From the human T2T-CHM13v2.0 reference genome, Homo sapiens, in the NCBI RefSeq assembly GCF_009914755.1, contig NC_060943.1: a stretch of 64,000 bases of DNA. One strand, 5' to 3'. Below are positions 1 to 26,229 of the stretch, in pieces; positions within the stretch are counted from its first letter, which is position 1, and the number at the start of each line of letters is the position of its first letter. Both the position numbers and the translations under genes were made by a program. The notes below the pieces were generated by a model. That model searched no databases. It was not told the origin of the DNA and saw only the letters and a program-made list of their open reading frames with translations.

Positions 1-79
1 TCTTCCCCTCTCCTTCTCCTTCTCCTTCCCCTTCTCCCTCTCCTCTCCCTCTCCTTCTTCTCTCTTTCTCTCACTTTTT

Positions 80-400
<321 letters not shown>

Positions 401-1089
401 TGTGCCCTCGCGCTCGGCCGTCTCTCGCGTCTTTCTTAGACTCCCTGATCTCTGTCCTGGCCCCCGGGATCTTTGTCTTCGTCCCCTCTCTAGTTCGCTC
501 CCAGCAGATTCACTGTCTTCTCTCTCTGGTCCTCTCCCCTTTGCCTCGGACTGTATCCTCTTCGTCGCTGTTGATCCCACTGCTGCACTGTCCTCGCTGC
601 TGTCTTCTCACAGTCCTGTCGCCATCCCCATCCCCTGCCTCAGTCCCCTGTGCCGTCGGCCGCTCCACCTGTGACCGTGGAGTCTTTTTCTGTCACTTCC
701 GTCTCTGTCACATCCCCTCTGGTCGCTCCTGGTCGGAGGCCCTGCCTCCCTCGCCTCAGGGCCCTTCCCCGCTCCTTCTCTTCCTGTCATCCCTGGCTCC
801 TTCCCAGCGTCTTTCCTTCCTTCTCCGAATCGTCCTCTGCTCCTCTGGGTTTGCGCCTGCTGGGAGCTCTGCCCCTGGGAGCTGTTTCCTCCGCTCAGTC
901 TCTGGGTGTTTCCTAGGGGGTCACATGCTCTTCTAGGCCTGTCCTGGGGCAGAGGGGTCGCCCTGAGGTCCATCAGTCAGTCTGACCATCTCCTTCGAAC
1001 CTCGAGCCTCTCGCCTCGCCTCGCCTGACGCCCTTTCCCGCCCTTTATCTTTCCCTTCAGGATAAAAAATAAAAAGAGTCGGAAGCATC

Positions 1090-1790
1090 AGCGCCTAGGG
1101 CCCAATCGCCACTCTGGAACAGGTGTGCGCGGCGGGTCCGCGGGCTGGCGGGAGCTCACACGAACTCACGCGCGAGCTCGCAGGCCGCGGCGGCCGGCTG
1201 GCGACTAGTGACGTCGCAGGGGCTTGTCCCTGCCTTACTGGCTGCCTTCGACCAGCGCGCGCTTGCTGGAGTAGACGGCCGCGCCTTTCCCAGCGCCAGG
1301 GGGCGCTCAGCGCTAGAGCTCACTGACCCTGGGAGCCCTATGGAGAGACTCGTGTCATCCTGGCAACCCTGTCCTACCTGATTGGATACCTGCTGCCGTT
1401 CGTTGGATCCATTACTCTGATCGGATGCCTGGTGGGTCAAGGCTTGTACATAACTGGATGCCTGGAAATGTGGATCTACCCTACCTTTGGCATGTCTCTC
1501 TCTTAGCGGGATATCTTCCGCAAGCACTGGGGATGTGGACAAGGAAAGTAAATTGAGTCTCCGTTGGGGAGTGAGGGGTGTTGGACGTGGCACGGGAACC
1601 CGGCCGGAGTCAGCGGACCCAATTGGCTGCTCTCTCTCAGATACAGTTCCCCTTCCTCCCTCCAGGGGGCGCCATGGAACGCAGGGCCCTCACTGGCTCT
1701 GGGGACTGGGTGACGTCAGGGGTGAGCCTCTCGTGATTGGCTCCATCACCCTGCGTAAGATCAAAGGGAAGAAAGGACAGCCCCGACAGC
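1090..1790. promoter_or_regulatory. CpG-island promoter-like region upstream of snaR-F
   Basis: High CpG density. CTCF-like cores at 1293-1306 and 1659-1672, perfect CRE TGACGTCA at 1711-1718, several ATTGG boxes (1381, 1622, 1736). Confidence 0.6.
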
Positions 1791-1912
1791 CGGAGCCATT
1801 GTGGCTCCGGCCGATTGCGCCGGCCCTCGGGCCCTCAGGGAGGCGAGGGTGTGAGGGTACAGAGTTCGAGGCCAACTTGGTCCACATTGGTAGGAAAAAA
1901 AAAAATTTTTTT
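1790..1912 (+). ncRNA. SNAR-F: snaR-F, small NF90-associated RNA (Pol III)
   Basis: Starts CCGGAGCCATTGTGGCTC like snaR RNAs, with a perfect 9-bp 5' stem (1790-1798/1802-1810). B box GTTCGAGGC at 1864-1872. Ends in oligo-A then a T7 terminator. 123 nt, located next to SYT3. Confidence 0.9.
1906..1912 (+). terminator. Pol III oligo-T terminator of snaR-F
   Basis: TTTTTTT directly after the A-tract. Confidence 0.85.
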
Positions 1913-1981
1913 ATCGTTCCCTATATAACAACAAAACATAAAGGGAGGACGCCTTGATAGGAAGAAATGACATCTTCCTAA

Positions 1982-2914
<933 letters not shown>

Positions 2915-3678
2915 TGACGCCCTTTCCCGCCCTTTATCTTTCCCTTCAGGATAAAAAATAAAAAGAGTCGGAAGCAGCAGCGCCTAGGGCCGAATCGCCA
3001 CTTTGCAACAGGTGCGCGCGGCGGGCCCGCGGGCTGGCGGGAGCTCACACGAACTCACGCGCGAGCTCGCAGGCCGCGGCGGCCGGCTGGCGACTAGTGA
3101 CGTCGCAGGGGCTTGTCCCTGCCTTACTGGCTGCCTTCGACCAGCGCGCGCTTGCTGGAGTAGACGGCCGCGCCTTTCCCAGCGCCAGGGGGCGCTCAGC
3201 GCTAGAGCTCACTGACCCTGGGAGCCCTATGGAGAGACTCGTGTCATCCTGGCAACCCTGTCCTACCTGATTGGATGCCTGCTGCAGTTCGTTGGATCCA
3301 TTACTCTGATTGGATGCTTGGTGAGTCAAGGCTTGTATATAATTGGATGCCTGGAAATATGGATCTTCCCTACCTTTCGCATATCTCTCTCTTAGCGGGA
3401 TTTCTTCCGCAAGCACTGGGGATGTGGACGTGGAAAGTGACTGGCGTCTCCGTGGGGGAGTGAGGGGTGTTGCACACGGTGCAGGTACCCGGCCCGAGTT
3501 AGAGGTCCCTATTGGCTGCTCTCTCTCAGATACAGGTCACTTTCCTCCTGCCAAGATGCGCCATGGAACGCAGGGCCCTCGCTGGCCCTGGGGACTGGGT
3601 GATGTCACGGGTGAGCCTGTCGTGATTGGCTATATCGCTGTGCCTAAGACCAAAGGAAAGAAAGGAGAGCCCGGACAG

Positions 3679-3752
3679 CTGGATCCGCCGTGGTTCAGGG
3701 TACACGTTATAGGCCAACCTGGTCAACAATGATTTAAAAAAAAAATTTTATT
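3679..3752 (+). pseudogene. Short snaR paralogue (CAS-like, ~74 nt) in unit 2
   Basis: Aligns with both ends of snaR-F but lacks snaR-F 1808-1853. B box is altered to GTTATAGGC. Same A-tract/T-tract end and same flanks. Confidence 0.7.
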
Positions 3753-3781
3753 GTTCCCTATATCATAACAACAAAATATAA

Positions 3782-4663
<882 letters not shown>

Positions 4664-5538
4664 TGACCACAGCCTCTTATAGGCCTGTCCTGGGGCAGAG
4701 CGGCCACCTTGAGGTCCATCAGTCAGTCTGATCATCTCTGTAGAACCTCGAACCTCTCGCCTCGCCTCGCCTGACGCCGTTTCCTGCCCTTTATCTCTCC
4801 CTTCAGAATTAAAAAAAAAAAAAAAAAAAAAAGACAGTCGGAAGCAGCAGCGCATGAGCCCCAATCACCACTCTGAAACAGGTGCGCGCGGTGGCCTGCG
4901 GGCTCGCGGGAGCTCACGCGAACTCACGCGCGAGCTCACAAGCTGCGGCGGCCGGCTAGGCGACTAGTGACGTCACCGAGGCTTGTCCCTGCCTTATTGG
5001 CTGCCTTCGACCAGCGCGCGTTTGCTGGAGTAGTCGGCCACGCCTTGCCAATCGCCAGGGGGCGCTCAGCGCTAGAGCTCCGCGACCCTGGGAGCCCTAT
5101 AGAGAGACTCGTGTCATCATGGCAACCCTGCCCTACCTAATTGGATACCTGCTCCAGTTGGTTGGATCCATTACTCTGATTGGATGCCTGGCGAGTCAAG
5201 GCTTGTATATAATTGGATGCCGGAAATTTGGATCTTTTCTACGTTTCGCATTTCTGTCTCTTAGCCGGATTTCTTCCGCAAGCACTGGGGATGTGGAGAT
5301 TGAAAGTAACTTGAGTCTCCGTGGGGGAGTGATGGGTGTTGGGCACGGTATGGGAACCTGGCCCGAGTCTGCGGACCCGATTGGCTGCTGTCTCTCAGAT
5401 ACAGGTCCCTTTCGTCCCGCCAAGGGGGGCCATGGAACGTAGGGCCCTCTCTGTCCCTGGGGACTGGGTGATGTCAGGGGTGATTGGCTACATCGCTCCC
5501 CAGAAGGTGAAATGGAAAAATTGAGAGCACTTTCCCAC

Positions 5539-5636
5539 CAGCTTCGGTGGCTCCATCAGGTTGTCCTGGCGCACAAGCTGGCGATGCTATGTGTTTGAAG
5601 CTAACCTGGGCAAAATTGAAAAAAAATTGTTTTTTC
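5539..5636 (+). pseudogene. Alu-left-monomer-like snaR relative (ASR-like) in unit 3
   Basis: Occupies the equivalent position in unit 3. CGGTGGCTC...GTTTGAAGCTAACCTGGGCAAAAT resembles FLAM A-box and B-box regions. A-tract/T-tract end. Confidence 0.6.
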
Positions 5637-5717
5637 ATTGTTCCGTCATAAAGGGAGGTCTCGACAGGAAGAAATTGCGCTTCCAATAGAATTGTTTTTA
5701 AATTACTGCAATATATC

Positions 5718-6480
5718 TTTTGAGATGGAGTCTTGCTCTATTGCCTAGGGTGGAGTGCAGTCTTATGATCTCGTCTCACTGTAACCTCTGCCTCTTGGGT
5801 TGAAGAGAGTCTCCTCTCTCACCCTGAGGTTACAGGCGCACACTACCACACTTGGCTAATTTTTGAATTTTGGCTTCTTTTTGAGATGGAGTCTTGCTCC
5901 GCCGCTGAGGCTCAAGGGCAGTGGTGCGATCTTGGCTGACTGCAACCTCTGCCTTCCGGGTTCAAGTGATTCATCTGCCTCAGCCTCCCGAGTAGCTGGG
6001 ACTACAGGCACGTGCCACCACGCCTAGCTAATTCTTTGTATTTTTAGTAGAGAAAGGGTTTCACTGTGTTAGGATGGTCTCTATCTCCTGACCTTGTGAT
6101 CTGCCCGCCTCAGCCTCCCAAAGTGGTGGGATTACAGGTGTGAGCCACCGCTACCTGGCCTTTTAAAAAATTTATTTATTTATTTATTTATTTTTATTTT
6201 GAGGCGGAGTCTTACTCTGTTGCCCAGGCTGGAGTGCAGTGGCGTGATTTTGGCTCACTGCAACCCCCGCCTCCCGGGTTCAAGCAATTCCTTTGCCTCA
6301 GCGACCCAGTAGCTGGGATTACAGGCGCGTGCCACCATGTCTGGCAATTTTGTGTATTTTTAATAGAGACGAGGTTTCCCCATTTTGGCCAGGCTGGTCT
6401 TCAACTCCCGACCTCAGGTGATCCGCCCGCCTCCGCTTTCCAGACTGCTGGGCTTACAGGCGTGAACCACTGCGCCAGCC
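5718..6480 (-). mobile_element. Three stacked Alus (one partial, two near full length)
   Basis: Reverse Alu consensus starting at ~5718, ~5877 and ~6190. Confidence 0.85.
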
Positions 6481-6619
6481 TCTTTATCCCTTCTATACTG
6501 CATACCCCAAGTTGCAAACTGTTATTAGAGTGAATACCTAGGGGCAACTTGGATCCTTATAATGGACACCTGATATTTTTGCCTGAGTGACATCTGTTAT
6601 CTCTGATTTTCTTCTTCAT

Positions 6620-9420
<2,801 letters not shown>

Positions 9421-9809
9421 CTTAAACATCTGATTTTCCTATCACTCCTCCCCATGCAAAATATACATTTTTTAACTGGATCTTGCCAGGGATTTCAGAG
9501 TGAGAACAAGAGTCAGACCTGGCCAATCTGAGTGCTTCATGACCTTGGTTATGATGTGCAGTAGTTTGGATGTATGTCCCATCCAATTTTTTTTTTTTTT
9601 TTTTTTGAGACAGAGTTTTGCTTTGTCACCCAGGCTGGAGTGCAGTTGCACAATCTTGGCTCAGTGCAACCTCCACCTCCTGGGTTCAAGTGACCCTTCT
9701 GCCTCCGCCTCCTGAGTAGCTGGGATTACAGGCACATGCCACGCCCGGCTAATTTTTGTATTTTTAGGAGAGACGGGGTTTTCCCGTGTTGGCCAGGCTG
9801 CCTTCTAAA

Positions 9810-10446
<637 letters not shown>

Positions 10447-10799
10447 CATGGTTACTATAGAAATGGACATGTGACCCAAGTTGGACCAATGAGAGCTAAC
10501 CTTGAGACTTTGGTATCACCATTCAGGAAAGCAGTACCTCTTTTCTGCTAGGTTGTTAAAATGATAGTATGGAAACTTTGAGCTGCTGTGGGCCCTGTTT
10601 GTCACCGTGAGGGAAGAGATTCTGCCTGAGAGGAAAGTCAAGATACAGAAAAGTAAAGCCCAGATGGGAAATGAGCTGTATTGCTAAAGATTCATTTTAG
10701 TGCCTGGATCCAGTTATGCCTGAAGCTAGTTATACAGCTCGGTTCTATAAGTCAACAAATTCCCTTTGTTAAAAACAAAAAAAAGCCAGAGTACTTTCC

Positions 10800-15753
<4,954 letters not shown>

Positions 15754-15829
15754 CTAGTAATCAGTCTCTCCATAACCACTGCCACTGCCCCCAGTCAACC
15801 ACTAATCCATTTTCTGCCCCTGCGTATTA

Positions 15830-17020
<1,191 letters not shown>

Positions 17021-17029
17021 TACTACCAC

Positions 17030-17132
17030 ATTGACTTCAGACTTCTGGCCTCCAGAGCTGTGAGAGAATAAATTTCTGTTGTTTTCAGCTAGGTTATTGT
17101 AACTTGTTACATCAGTCCTAGCAAACTGACAC
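17030..17132 (+). mobile_element. MLT1-type MaLR LTR 3' end
   Basis: GACTTCTGGCCTCCAGAGCTGTGAGAGAATAAATTTCTGTTGTTT...AAACTGACACA. Confidence 0.65.
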
Positions 17133-18159
17133 AGTGATTGGACCAATTTTTGCAGTGGGAGTTTTTGAAATGTTGTGTCCCGGAATGTAGATGTGAATTA
17201 GTGTGAAGTAGCTGAGGGTAGAATGTAGTGGACACCTACTGCTTTGAGGGACTGTCCCTTGCCCATTGCCGTGTGATTCACTTGGAACTGTCAGTCAAGG
17301 GACCCCTACATATATGGCTTCCAGGAGATGAATTCATCCCTCCAGCAAAAAGGGATGAGGTGCAGAGGGGCTTTGGACCAATCCTGGGCAAGATGGGCAG
17401 GGGAGGAGGAGGAGGAGTCAGCAAAGGCAGGAGGCGGGCCCAAGAGTAGGCTCCAAACTGGACCCAATGATTGGCCCGGGGTGTCTCCAAGGTCTGCGCT
17501 GGACCAATCAGAATCCTGTTCCTGAATGACACAGCAGCTGGGAGCCAGCTGATTCTCACATTGTTTCCTCTGAAGTTATCTGCTCTGAAGGCAATTACAA
17601 GTCCTGTTAATTTCTTGCAATGGCAGCAGATCCTGTTAATTTCCTACCCAACAATAGTTCCCCTCCCCGTGCTTCCTCTAGGCAAAGCCCGCACCCCACC
17701 ATGGGGACTGGAAATGACAGATGTTCACTACCCAGACCGCTTTGCAACTCGGGGTAGCCACACAGCCGGGTTCTGGCAAGAGAGAAATAAGGAGAATTAT
17801 TCTGAGGAGGAAAAATGGGGAACACAGAAGGGGAGGCCCCGGTCTACACTGCCTGATTTAGATGCCAGTGTGTGAAAACATGATGCTGCTATAGACAGTT
17901 TGTACTCAGGAGGGGAACGAACACCAGTCTCAGAGATGCCAACCAGAGCCTAATGTTGTTGAGCAGCTGAACCAACCCTGGGACTGTCTTTGAAAAATTT
18001 GATATGCAAACATGCAAAAAAATCTTTCTCTTTCAGTTGGGAAGTTTTTTTTTTTTTTTTTCAGCCGAAGGTATCATAACAGATACAGCATTATACACCT
18101 GGAGCTCCAAGTGACCATCTCATTGCCACTGCAAACACCTACCCGAGAGAGAAGCCAAT

Positions 18160-18543
<384 letters not shown>

Positions 18544-18734
18544 TTATGGCTTTGGGTTGAATTTTGTGTTCTGTACTCACAATGATCCTGACTAACACCA
18601 TTTTTATAAACTGAGGCTCAGAGAGATCATTAAGTTGCCCAGTCATTGAAAGAAACACAAATTTGTCTGCTTGCAGAGCCAGCATGTTCCAATCCGGTTT
18701 CCCAGTCTCAGAGAGGACAGGAGGCCCAGTTGGA

Positions 18735-19233
18735 GTGAGACCCACAGAGTGTGTTTATTCTGGCGTTGATAGCAGCAGCAGTGGGGGGACCGGCCAGACG
18801 CAGGGTGTGGCGAACAGAAGGGGTGGACACAGGTGTGTGTGTGTCTGAAAGGACAGAGAGGATTGGCCCATTGACATTCACGGCGAGAACAAGGGTCGGG
18901 ACACTGAGTCTTGGACAAACAGCAAAGAGACAGAGACAGACAGAGGGTTTTGGGGGGCAGGGGTCCCCCAGACATGCATGGCCCCTCGCCTCGAGGGGGA
19001 GCCCCAGGGAAGAAAAGACAGACACAGTGGAGGCTGAATGACCCCCACCCTGAAAGAAGGAGCTGGGCCGGCCTCCTCTCATCCTCTCGCTTCCAGGGTT
19101 AGGAAGCCTAGGGCCAGGGCTGCCCCGCACCAGCAGCTCGGACGTTATGGCTTCAAGGAGATGAATTCACGGTCCGGGCAGGAAAGGATGGGGTCCTGAG
19201 GGAGCCTGGTCCGATCCCGGGCCTAGGCCAGAC
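18735..19233 (-). other. SYT3: SYT3 terminal non-coding exon (3'UTR)
   Basis: Pyrimidine tract and acceptor TGCAG|G at 19233. AATAAA on the minus strand at 18759-18754. The 3' end is approximate. Confidence 0.8.
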
Positions 19234-19312
19234 CTGCACGATGGAGCAGGAAAGGAGGGGTCAGCAATGGCAGAGAACTGCACCACGACCTCCTGTAGCT
19301 CCATCACCACCC

Positions 19313-19400
19313 AGAGATCCAGGAGTCCCAGGCGCAGCCCCTCCTCCCTCAGACCCAGGAGTCCAGGCCCCCAGCCCCTCCTCCCTCAGACGCAGGCATC
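19313..19400. repeat. MSR1 minisatellite (~2 units)
   Basis: CCCAGCCCCTCCTCCCTCAGACCCAGGAGTCCAGG unit. Confidence 0.8.
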
Positions 19401-19441
19401 TCCACCCCCAGCCCCTTCCCTGTGGCCAGGCTGCTTACCCC

Positions 19442-19507
19442 TCACTCGGAGTTCTCTTTCTCTGATAGTCCTTTGCTGCCTTTTGTGAAGCTGGTCACAG
19501 TCTTTTC
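19442..19507 (-). CDS. SYT3: Synaptotagmin-3 coding exon 8 (EKTVTSFTKGSKGLSEKENSE*)
   Basis: Acceptor TTTAG|GAA and TGA at 19444-19442. Donor GGG|GTAAGC lies 3 nt after the stop. Completes a 590-aa ORF. Confidence 0.93.
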   Translation of the reverse strand, partial: EKTVTSFTKGSKGLSEKENSE

Positions 19508-20189
19508 CTAAAGGAGAAAGTGCAGAAGGTTCGGGAGTGAGAGACAGAGAGTTGAAACAGATGCTAATCATCAACAGGAGAAGACGTCAATCCTGTTTCA
19601 TTATTTAGGATGCGCTTTCTCACTTGGCCCTGAAGTGACGGACAGATGGTATTACAATTCCATTCTACAGATGGGGAAATGGAGGCACAAAAAAGAGGAG
19701 TCTCTGCAAATGCGAGGAGAGATGAGGCTGTAGGGATGAGTGGGGCAAGTCCTGCATGGTATCAGAGGGGCTGAGACTCTGTCCTGGGGCCACTGGGGAG
19801 CCACGGGAGGGCTGTGAGCAAGGAAGGGGAGGGGAAGCTCTGGGTGTAGAAGGATCTTCTGGGGCCACAGGGAGCATGAGGGGCTGAAATTCATGGGCAG
19901 TGTCAGGACTCGGCCTAGACTCTGTGCCACCAGCGTTGCCCAACATGGGCAGTGGCTCACCAGAAACTCCTGGGAAGGTTGGTGGGATGAATTAATGAAC
20001 GGATGAATGAGTGAATGACAGGAGGAGGGAGTAGCCTCCATCCTATCCACCTTAGTAGAGTCCCCGTCTTTTCCAATCTCAAATCTGAGTTCTGTGCCCA
20101 GGTGTCGGGTCCCTCATGATCACTGGAAAAAAGCCCACAGCAGGGCCAGACTAAATCTGGTGATGTGGTGAAAGTTTCACCCAGTACTA

Positions 20190-21618
<1,429 letters not shown>

Positions 21619-21912
21619 TAGCCTCATGGGTAACAACAGCAGCGACCACCTACAGAACGTTTAACTCAGCACATCTCACCTCTATCCTAACAGAAGATGC
21701 TATCAACAGTCCCATTTCCTAGTGGGTAAATTGAGGCACAGAGCGCTTGGGTAACTGGCTCTAAGCCGCACAGCTAAAGTTGGCACAGCAGGGATTGAAA
21801 CCTAGGACGCCTGGCTCTGCGACTCACGAACATGCAGGGCGTTCGTTGCATGGATGAAGGGGCCGAGGGTGCACGGGTGCTTGTCAGGGGTCGGTGTGGG
21901 ACCCCTACTCAC

Positions 21913-22045
21913 CTCCACTAGCTGATGCCAGTGCTCCACGGGCTTGCGGGGATTGGCCAGCATCTCTGCCCAGTGCTCGCGGCCGTGCGGGTCGGCAGCG
22001 TCGGGGCCCACACGGCACACGCCGATCACCTCGTTGTGCCCGATG
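21913..22045 (-). CDS. SYT3: Synaptotagmin-3 coding exon 7 (end of C2B)
   Basis: Encodes [13 protein letters not shown]...HWHQLVE. AG/GT boundaries are in phase. Confidence 0.95.
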
Positions 22046-22143
22046 CTGGGGGTTGGGGTCAGTGAGGACCGTGGAGGGTGGTGGGAGGGCCTGTCCCCAC
22101 CCCAGCCCTCCTGCCTGACCCCCGCCCGGGCCGCGCCCCTCAC

Positions 22144-22315
22144 CAGTCGTAGTCCACCACGGCGATGCTGAGCCCCACGTTCTCCACGCTCTCGGGGGCC
22201 ACGTCGAACACCAGCGCCTCATTATAGGTGGGGTTCAGCGTGTTCTTCTTGATGGAGGTTTTCCGCTTCTTCAGACGCCGCCCCTCGCTGATCAGGGAGG
22301 CCTTCACGTAGGGGT
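22144..22315 (-). CDS. SYT3: Synaptotagmin-3 coding exon 6 (C2B)
   Basis: Encodes DPYVKASL...[18 protein letters not shown]...VVDYD, the C2B polybasic motif. Confidence 0.95.
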
Positions 22316-22346
22316 CTGGGAACAGCAATGAAGTAAGGAACAGAGA

Positions 22347-22570
22347 CTCCCTCCCTCAGACCTAGGGGTCCAGGACCCCAGGCCCCGAGCCCCTCCTCCC
22401 TCAGACCCAGAGGTCCGGGGCCCCAGGCCCCCAGTCCCTCCTTCCTCAGGCCCAAGAGTCCAGACCCCAGGTCCTCCTCTCTCCGACCCAGGAGTCCAGG
22501 CCCCTGGCCCCTCCTCCCTCAGACCCAGGAGTCCAGGCCCCCAGCCCTCCTCCCTCAGACCCAGGACCCT
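22347..22570. repeat. MSR1 minisatellite (~6 units) filling a SYT3 intron
   Basis: 36-44 bp units of CCCCTCCTCCCTCAGACCCAGGAGTCCAGGCCCC. Confidence 0.85.
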
Positions 22571-22573
22571 CAC

Positions 22574-22694
22574 CTGAGAAGCCAGTGAGGTCCATCGCTT
22601 TGAGGTTAGAGGCTTTGATGATGGTCACGGTGAGGCGCCCGGCCGTGGGGAGGTAGCAGAGTGAGAAGTTGAGCTCCCCAAGATCTGCTTTTTC
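22574..22694 (-). CDS. SYT3: Synaptotagmin-3 coding exon 5 (start of C2B)
   Basis: Encodes [44 protein letters not shown] boundaries. Confidence 0.95.
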
Positions 22695-23059
22695 CTGCAG
22701 TTGGGGAAAAGGTCAGCGATATCTTGCCTCAGCCCCTCTTCAACTCTCCCTGATTTTCTCTCCGGTCGGAGCCTCCTGCTTTACACCCTGACATCCAGGG
22801 CTCAGGCTTCCCATCCACTTAGCAATCTGACTCTTGGGACAAGGCCCAGTAATTCCCTGGCCACAGCTGCCCATGACCATCAAAGCTTATTTGTTCTGCA
22901 GGAAAGATTGGAAGAAGCATGAGTGAGGGGAGAGAGAGAGGAGGGGAGAGACAGAGAAGGTGAGAGAGAGAGAAAACACAAAGAGAAATAGACTGAGACA
23001 GAAGCCAAAACACGGAGGGATACAGCTGGAAAGACAGACCCACAGGCAAAGTTCTCAAG

Positions 23060-23500
23060 TCAGAGGGACAGAGGCCCAGAGACAGACACAGAGAGAGACC
23101 CAGAGAGAGGGAGACAGAGACCCAGAAAGAGAGGGAGACAGAGACCCAGAGAGAGAGGGGGACAGAGGCCCAGAGAGAGGGTGGGGGGACAGAGACCCAG
23201 AGAGGAGGACAGAGACCCAGAGAGAGAGGAGGACAGAGGCCCAGAGAGAGAGGAGGACAGAGGCCCAGAAAGAGAGGGGGACAGAGACCCAGAGAGAGGA
23301 GGACAGACCCAGAGAGAGAAAGGGGCAGAGACCCAGAGAGAGAGGGGGACAGAGACCCAGAGACAGAGAGATAGAGACCCAGAGAGAGACAGAAGCCCAG
23401 AGACAGGGGGTACAGAGACCCAGAGAGAGAAAGAGAGAGAGATATATATAGAGAGAGACTCAGAGAGAGACAGAGGCCCAGAGAGAGAGAGGGACAGAGA
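23060..23500. repeat. GA-rich VNTR, ~20-24 bp unit (GAGAGAGGGRGACAGAGRCCCA)
   Basis: Many consecutive ACAGAGACCCAGAGAGAG copies. Confidence 0.85.
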
Positions 23501-24176
23501 CAGTGGGTTGGGGGTGCATAAAGACCCAGAGAGAGTGATAGTTACCTAGAATTAGAGTGGAGGGGCAGAGACCAGAGAGCGAGAGAGAAACCTAGACTCA
23601 GATACCCTACTCCCTGCACCAAGAGAAAGAGAGAGAGAGAGAGAGAGGCTGACTCAGACAGAGTGGGACAAAGACCAAGCAGACACACACACATAAACCA
23701 GCCTGAGAGAGGGCAGGAGATTCATCAACCTCCACCGAAGTTTCCAGGACTGCCCCCAACCCTGACACACAGGCTGGAGCCACGCTGGAGCTAGCTGGGA
23801 GCTTTGACCAACCTGGCCTAGCCCTGCGGCCTCCCAACTGTGCCCAGGACTCCCTACTCATTCCCCTCAGGGCATCTGCCCAGGCTGTCCCTCTGCCAGA
23901 ACACTCTTCCCTCTATCTCTCCTTGGCCTTTGAGCCTCCCCTTGTTCCACAAGCTCCCAGATCCCCCACAGCACTGCAGAGGCTCCTCCTGTGCCTCCCC
24001 ATAACCCTGGCCCCTGATACAAGGCCCGACCATCTAGACCTGGAGCTGCCGAGGGCTGCCTGGGGTCCCCAGGCCCTGCTCCTGAAAAAAACAGTGGTTG
24101 AAGAAATGAATGAAGGCTGGGTGCAGTGGCTGATGCCTGTAATCCCAGCACTTTGGGAGGCTGAGGTGGGCGGTTA

Positions 24177-24716
<540 letters not shown>

Positions 24717-25968
24717 CTACCTGGCACCCAGCTCAACTGGACATCTGTCATTGAACAGATGGGGAAACTGAGGCTCAGAAAAGGAAAGAACCTTGAGGAG
24801 GTCTAGTCCTCTCCTGATATGAAGGCCGCCCTCCCCACAACACACACACAGCTACCCCAGATTGGCAGAGAACTGGAATGTTGGATAATCCACAAATTAG
24901 GTTGGAGCGGGGGCGCTGTAGAGTTGAGGATCTGAGATTTGGTGGGGCAGAAGAGCTCAGGACACACACACAAGAAGTACCTAAGAATGGGGCTGGGGAG
25001 GGATTGGAGGTACAGGGAGAATGAGATACCAGAGGGCAGGGGTCGCAAGGAATAAGGAAGAAGCCATTGGGCCCTATAATCTGGATGCTGGGAGAACTGA
25101 GGAGTGTCTGCATATTGGGGATCCCAGGATGGCTGAGGCCTGGGGGATCAAGCTATCAGCATTCGGGCAGGGACCATGAAAAAACAGAGGGTCAGAATAT
25201 GAAAGAGTTCCAATGTCAGGGGTTGGGAAAATTCAGAAGTTCAGAGATTAGAGAGGGATTGGGGCTTTCAGAAGTTCAGAGATTAGAGAGGGACTGGGGC
25301 TTCCAGAAGTCCAGTCATTGGAAAGTCAGGAAGTTAGGAAGGTAAGAAGTCTGGGGTGAGAGGGGAGAAGTCATGGGGTTGAGGCAGGAAGGCATCCTAT
25401 GGCAAAGCGGGTGAGAGGTTGGAAAATCGGATCCAGACCTGATGCTAACATTTGGCGATGTTGAGGAGAGGAACGGTGTCCACTGTATCATTATCTGTTC
25501 TTTTTTTTTTTTTTTTGAGACGGAGTTTCGCTCTTGTTGCCTACGCTGGAGTGCAATGGCATGATCTCTGCTCACCACAACCTCCACTTCCTGGTGCAAG
25601 CGATTCTCCTGCCTCATCCTCCTAAGTAGCTGGGATTACAGGCATGTGCCACCATGCCCGGCTAATTTTTGTATTTTTAGTAGAGATGGGGTTTCTCCAT
25701 GTTGGCCAGGCTGGTCTCGAACTCCCAACCTCAAGTGATCTGCCCACCTGGGCTCCCAAAGTGCTGGGATTATAGGCATGAGCTACCGCGCCCGGCTCAT
25801 TCTCTATTCTTGCCTGTAAGTTTGCAGTCTTCCCCAGTGTGATACATTTTAACAGAAAAATGTGGGGACAAGAAGTGAGGAAGTTATGAACTCTGAGGGC
25901 AGGGGGCTTGCAACCCGGGGGGTCTCAGGGCCCTGGGAAGGGGAAGGTCAGGGGAGAGGGCCACTGAC

Positions 25969-26187
25969 CGAGCCGCCCTCCACGATGTCCCTCCAGAGCG
26001 GGCGGTCAGGGGGCTGCTCGGCCAGCTCCAGGAGGTTGTCCAGCACCACCTGGCCGATGAGGTCGTGCCGCGAGAAGCGGTCAAAGTCATAGACGCTGAA
26101 GTGCAGTTTGCGTTGGGCCAGCTCGGCCAGGGGCACCGAGAATTGAAACGTCTCATTGAAGACGGGGTTCAGGGTCTTCCTGTGCAC
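25969..26187 (-). CDS. SYT3: Synaptotagmin-3 coding exon 4 (C2A)
   Basis: Encodes VHRKTLNPVFNETFQF...YDFDRFSRHDLIG, containing the Ca2+-binding aspartates. Confidence 0.95.
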
Positions 26188-26229
26188 CTGGTGGTGGTGG
26201 GCGACAGGAGACAGACACCGTGCCCATAA

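Noticed and set aside
22960-23549. Repetitive charged ORFs (EREGDRDP...)
   Set aside because: By-product of the GA-rich VNTR in a SYT3 intron.
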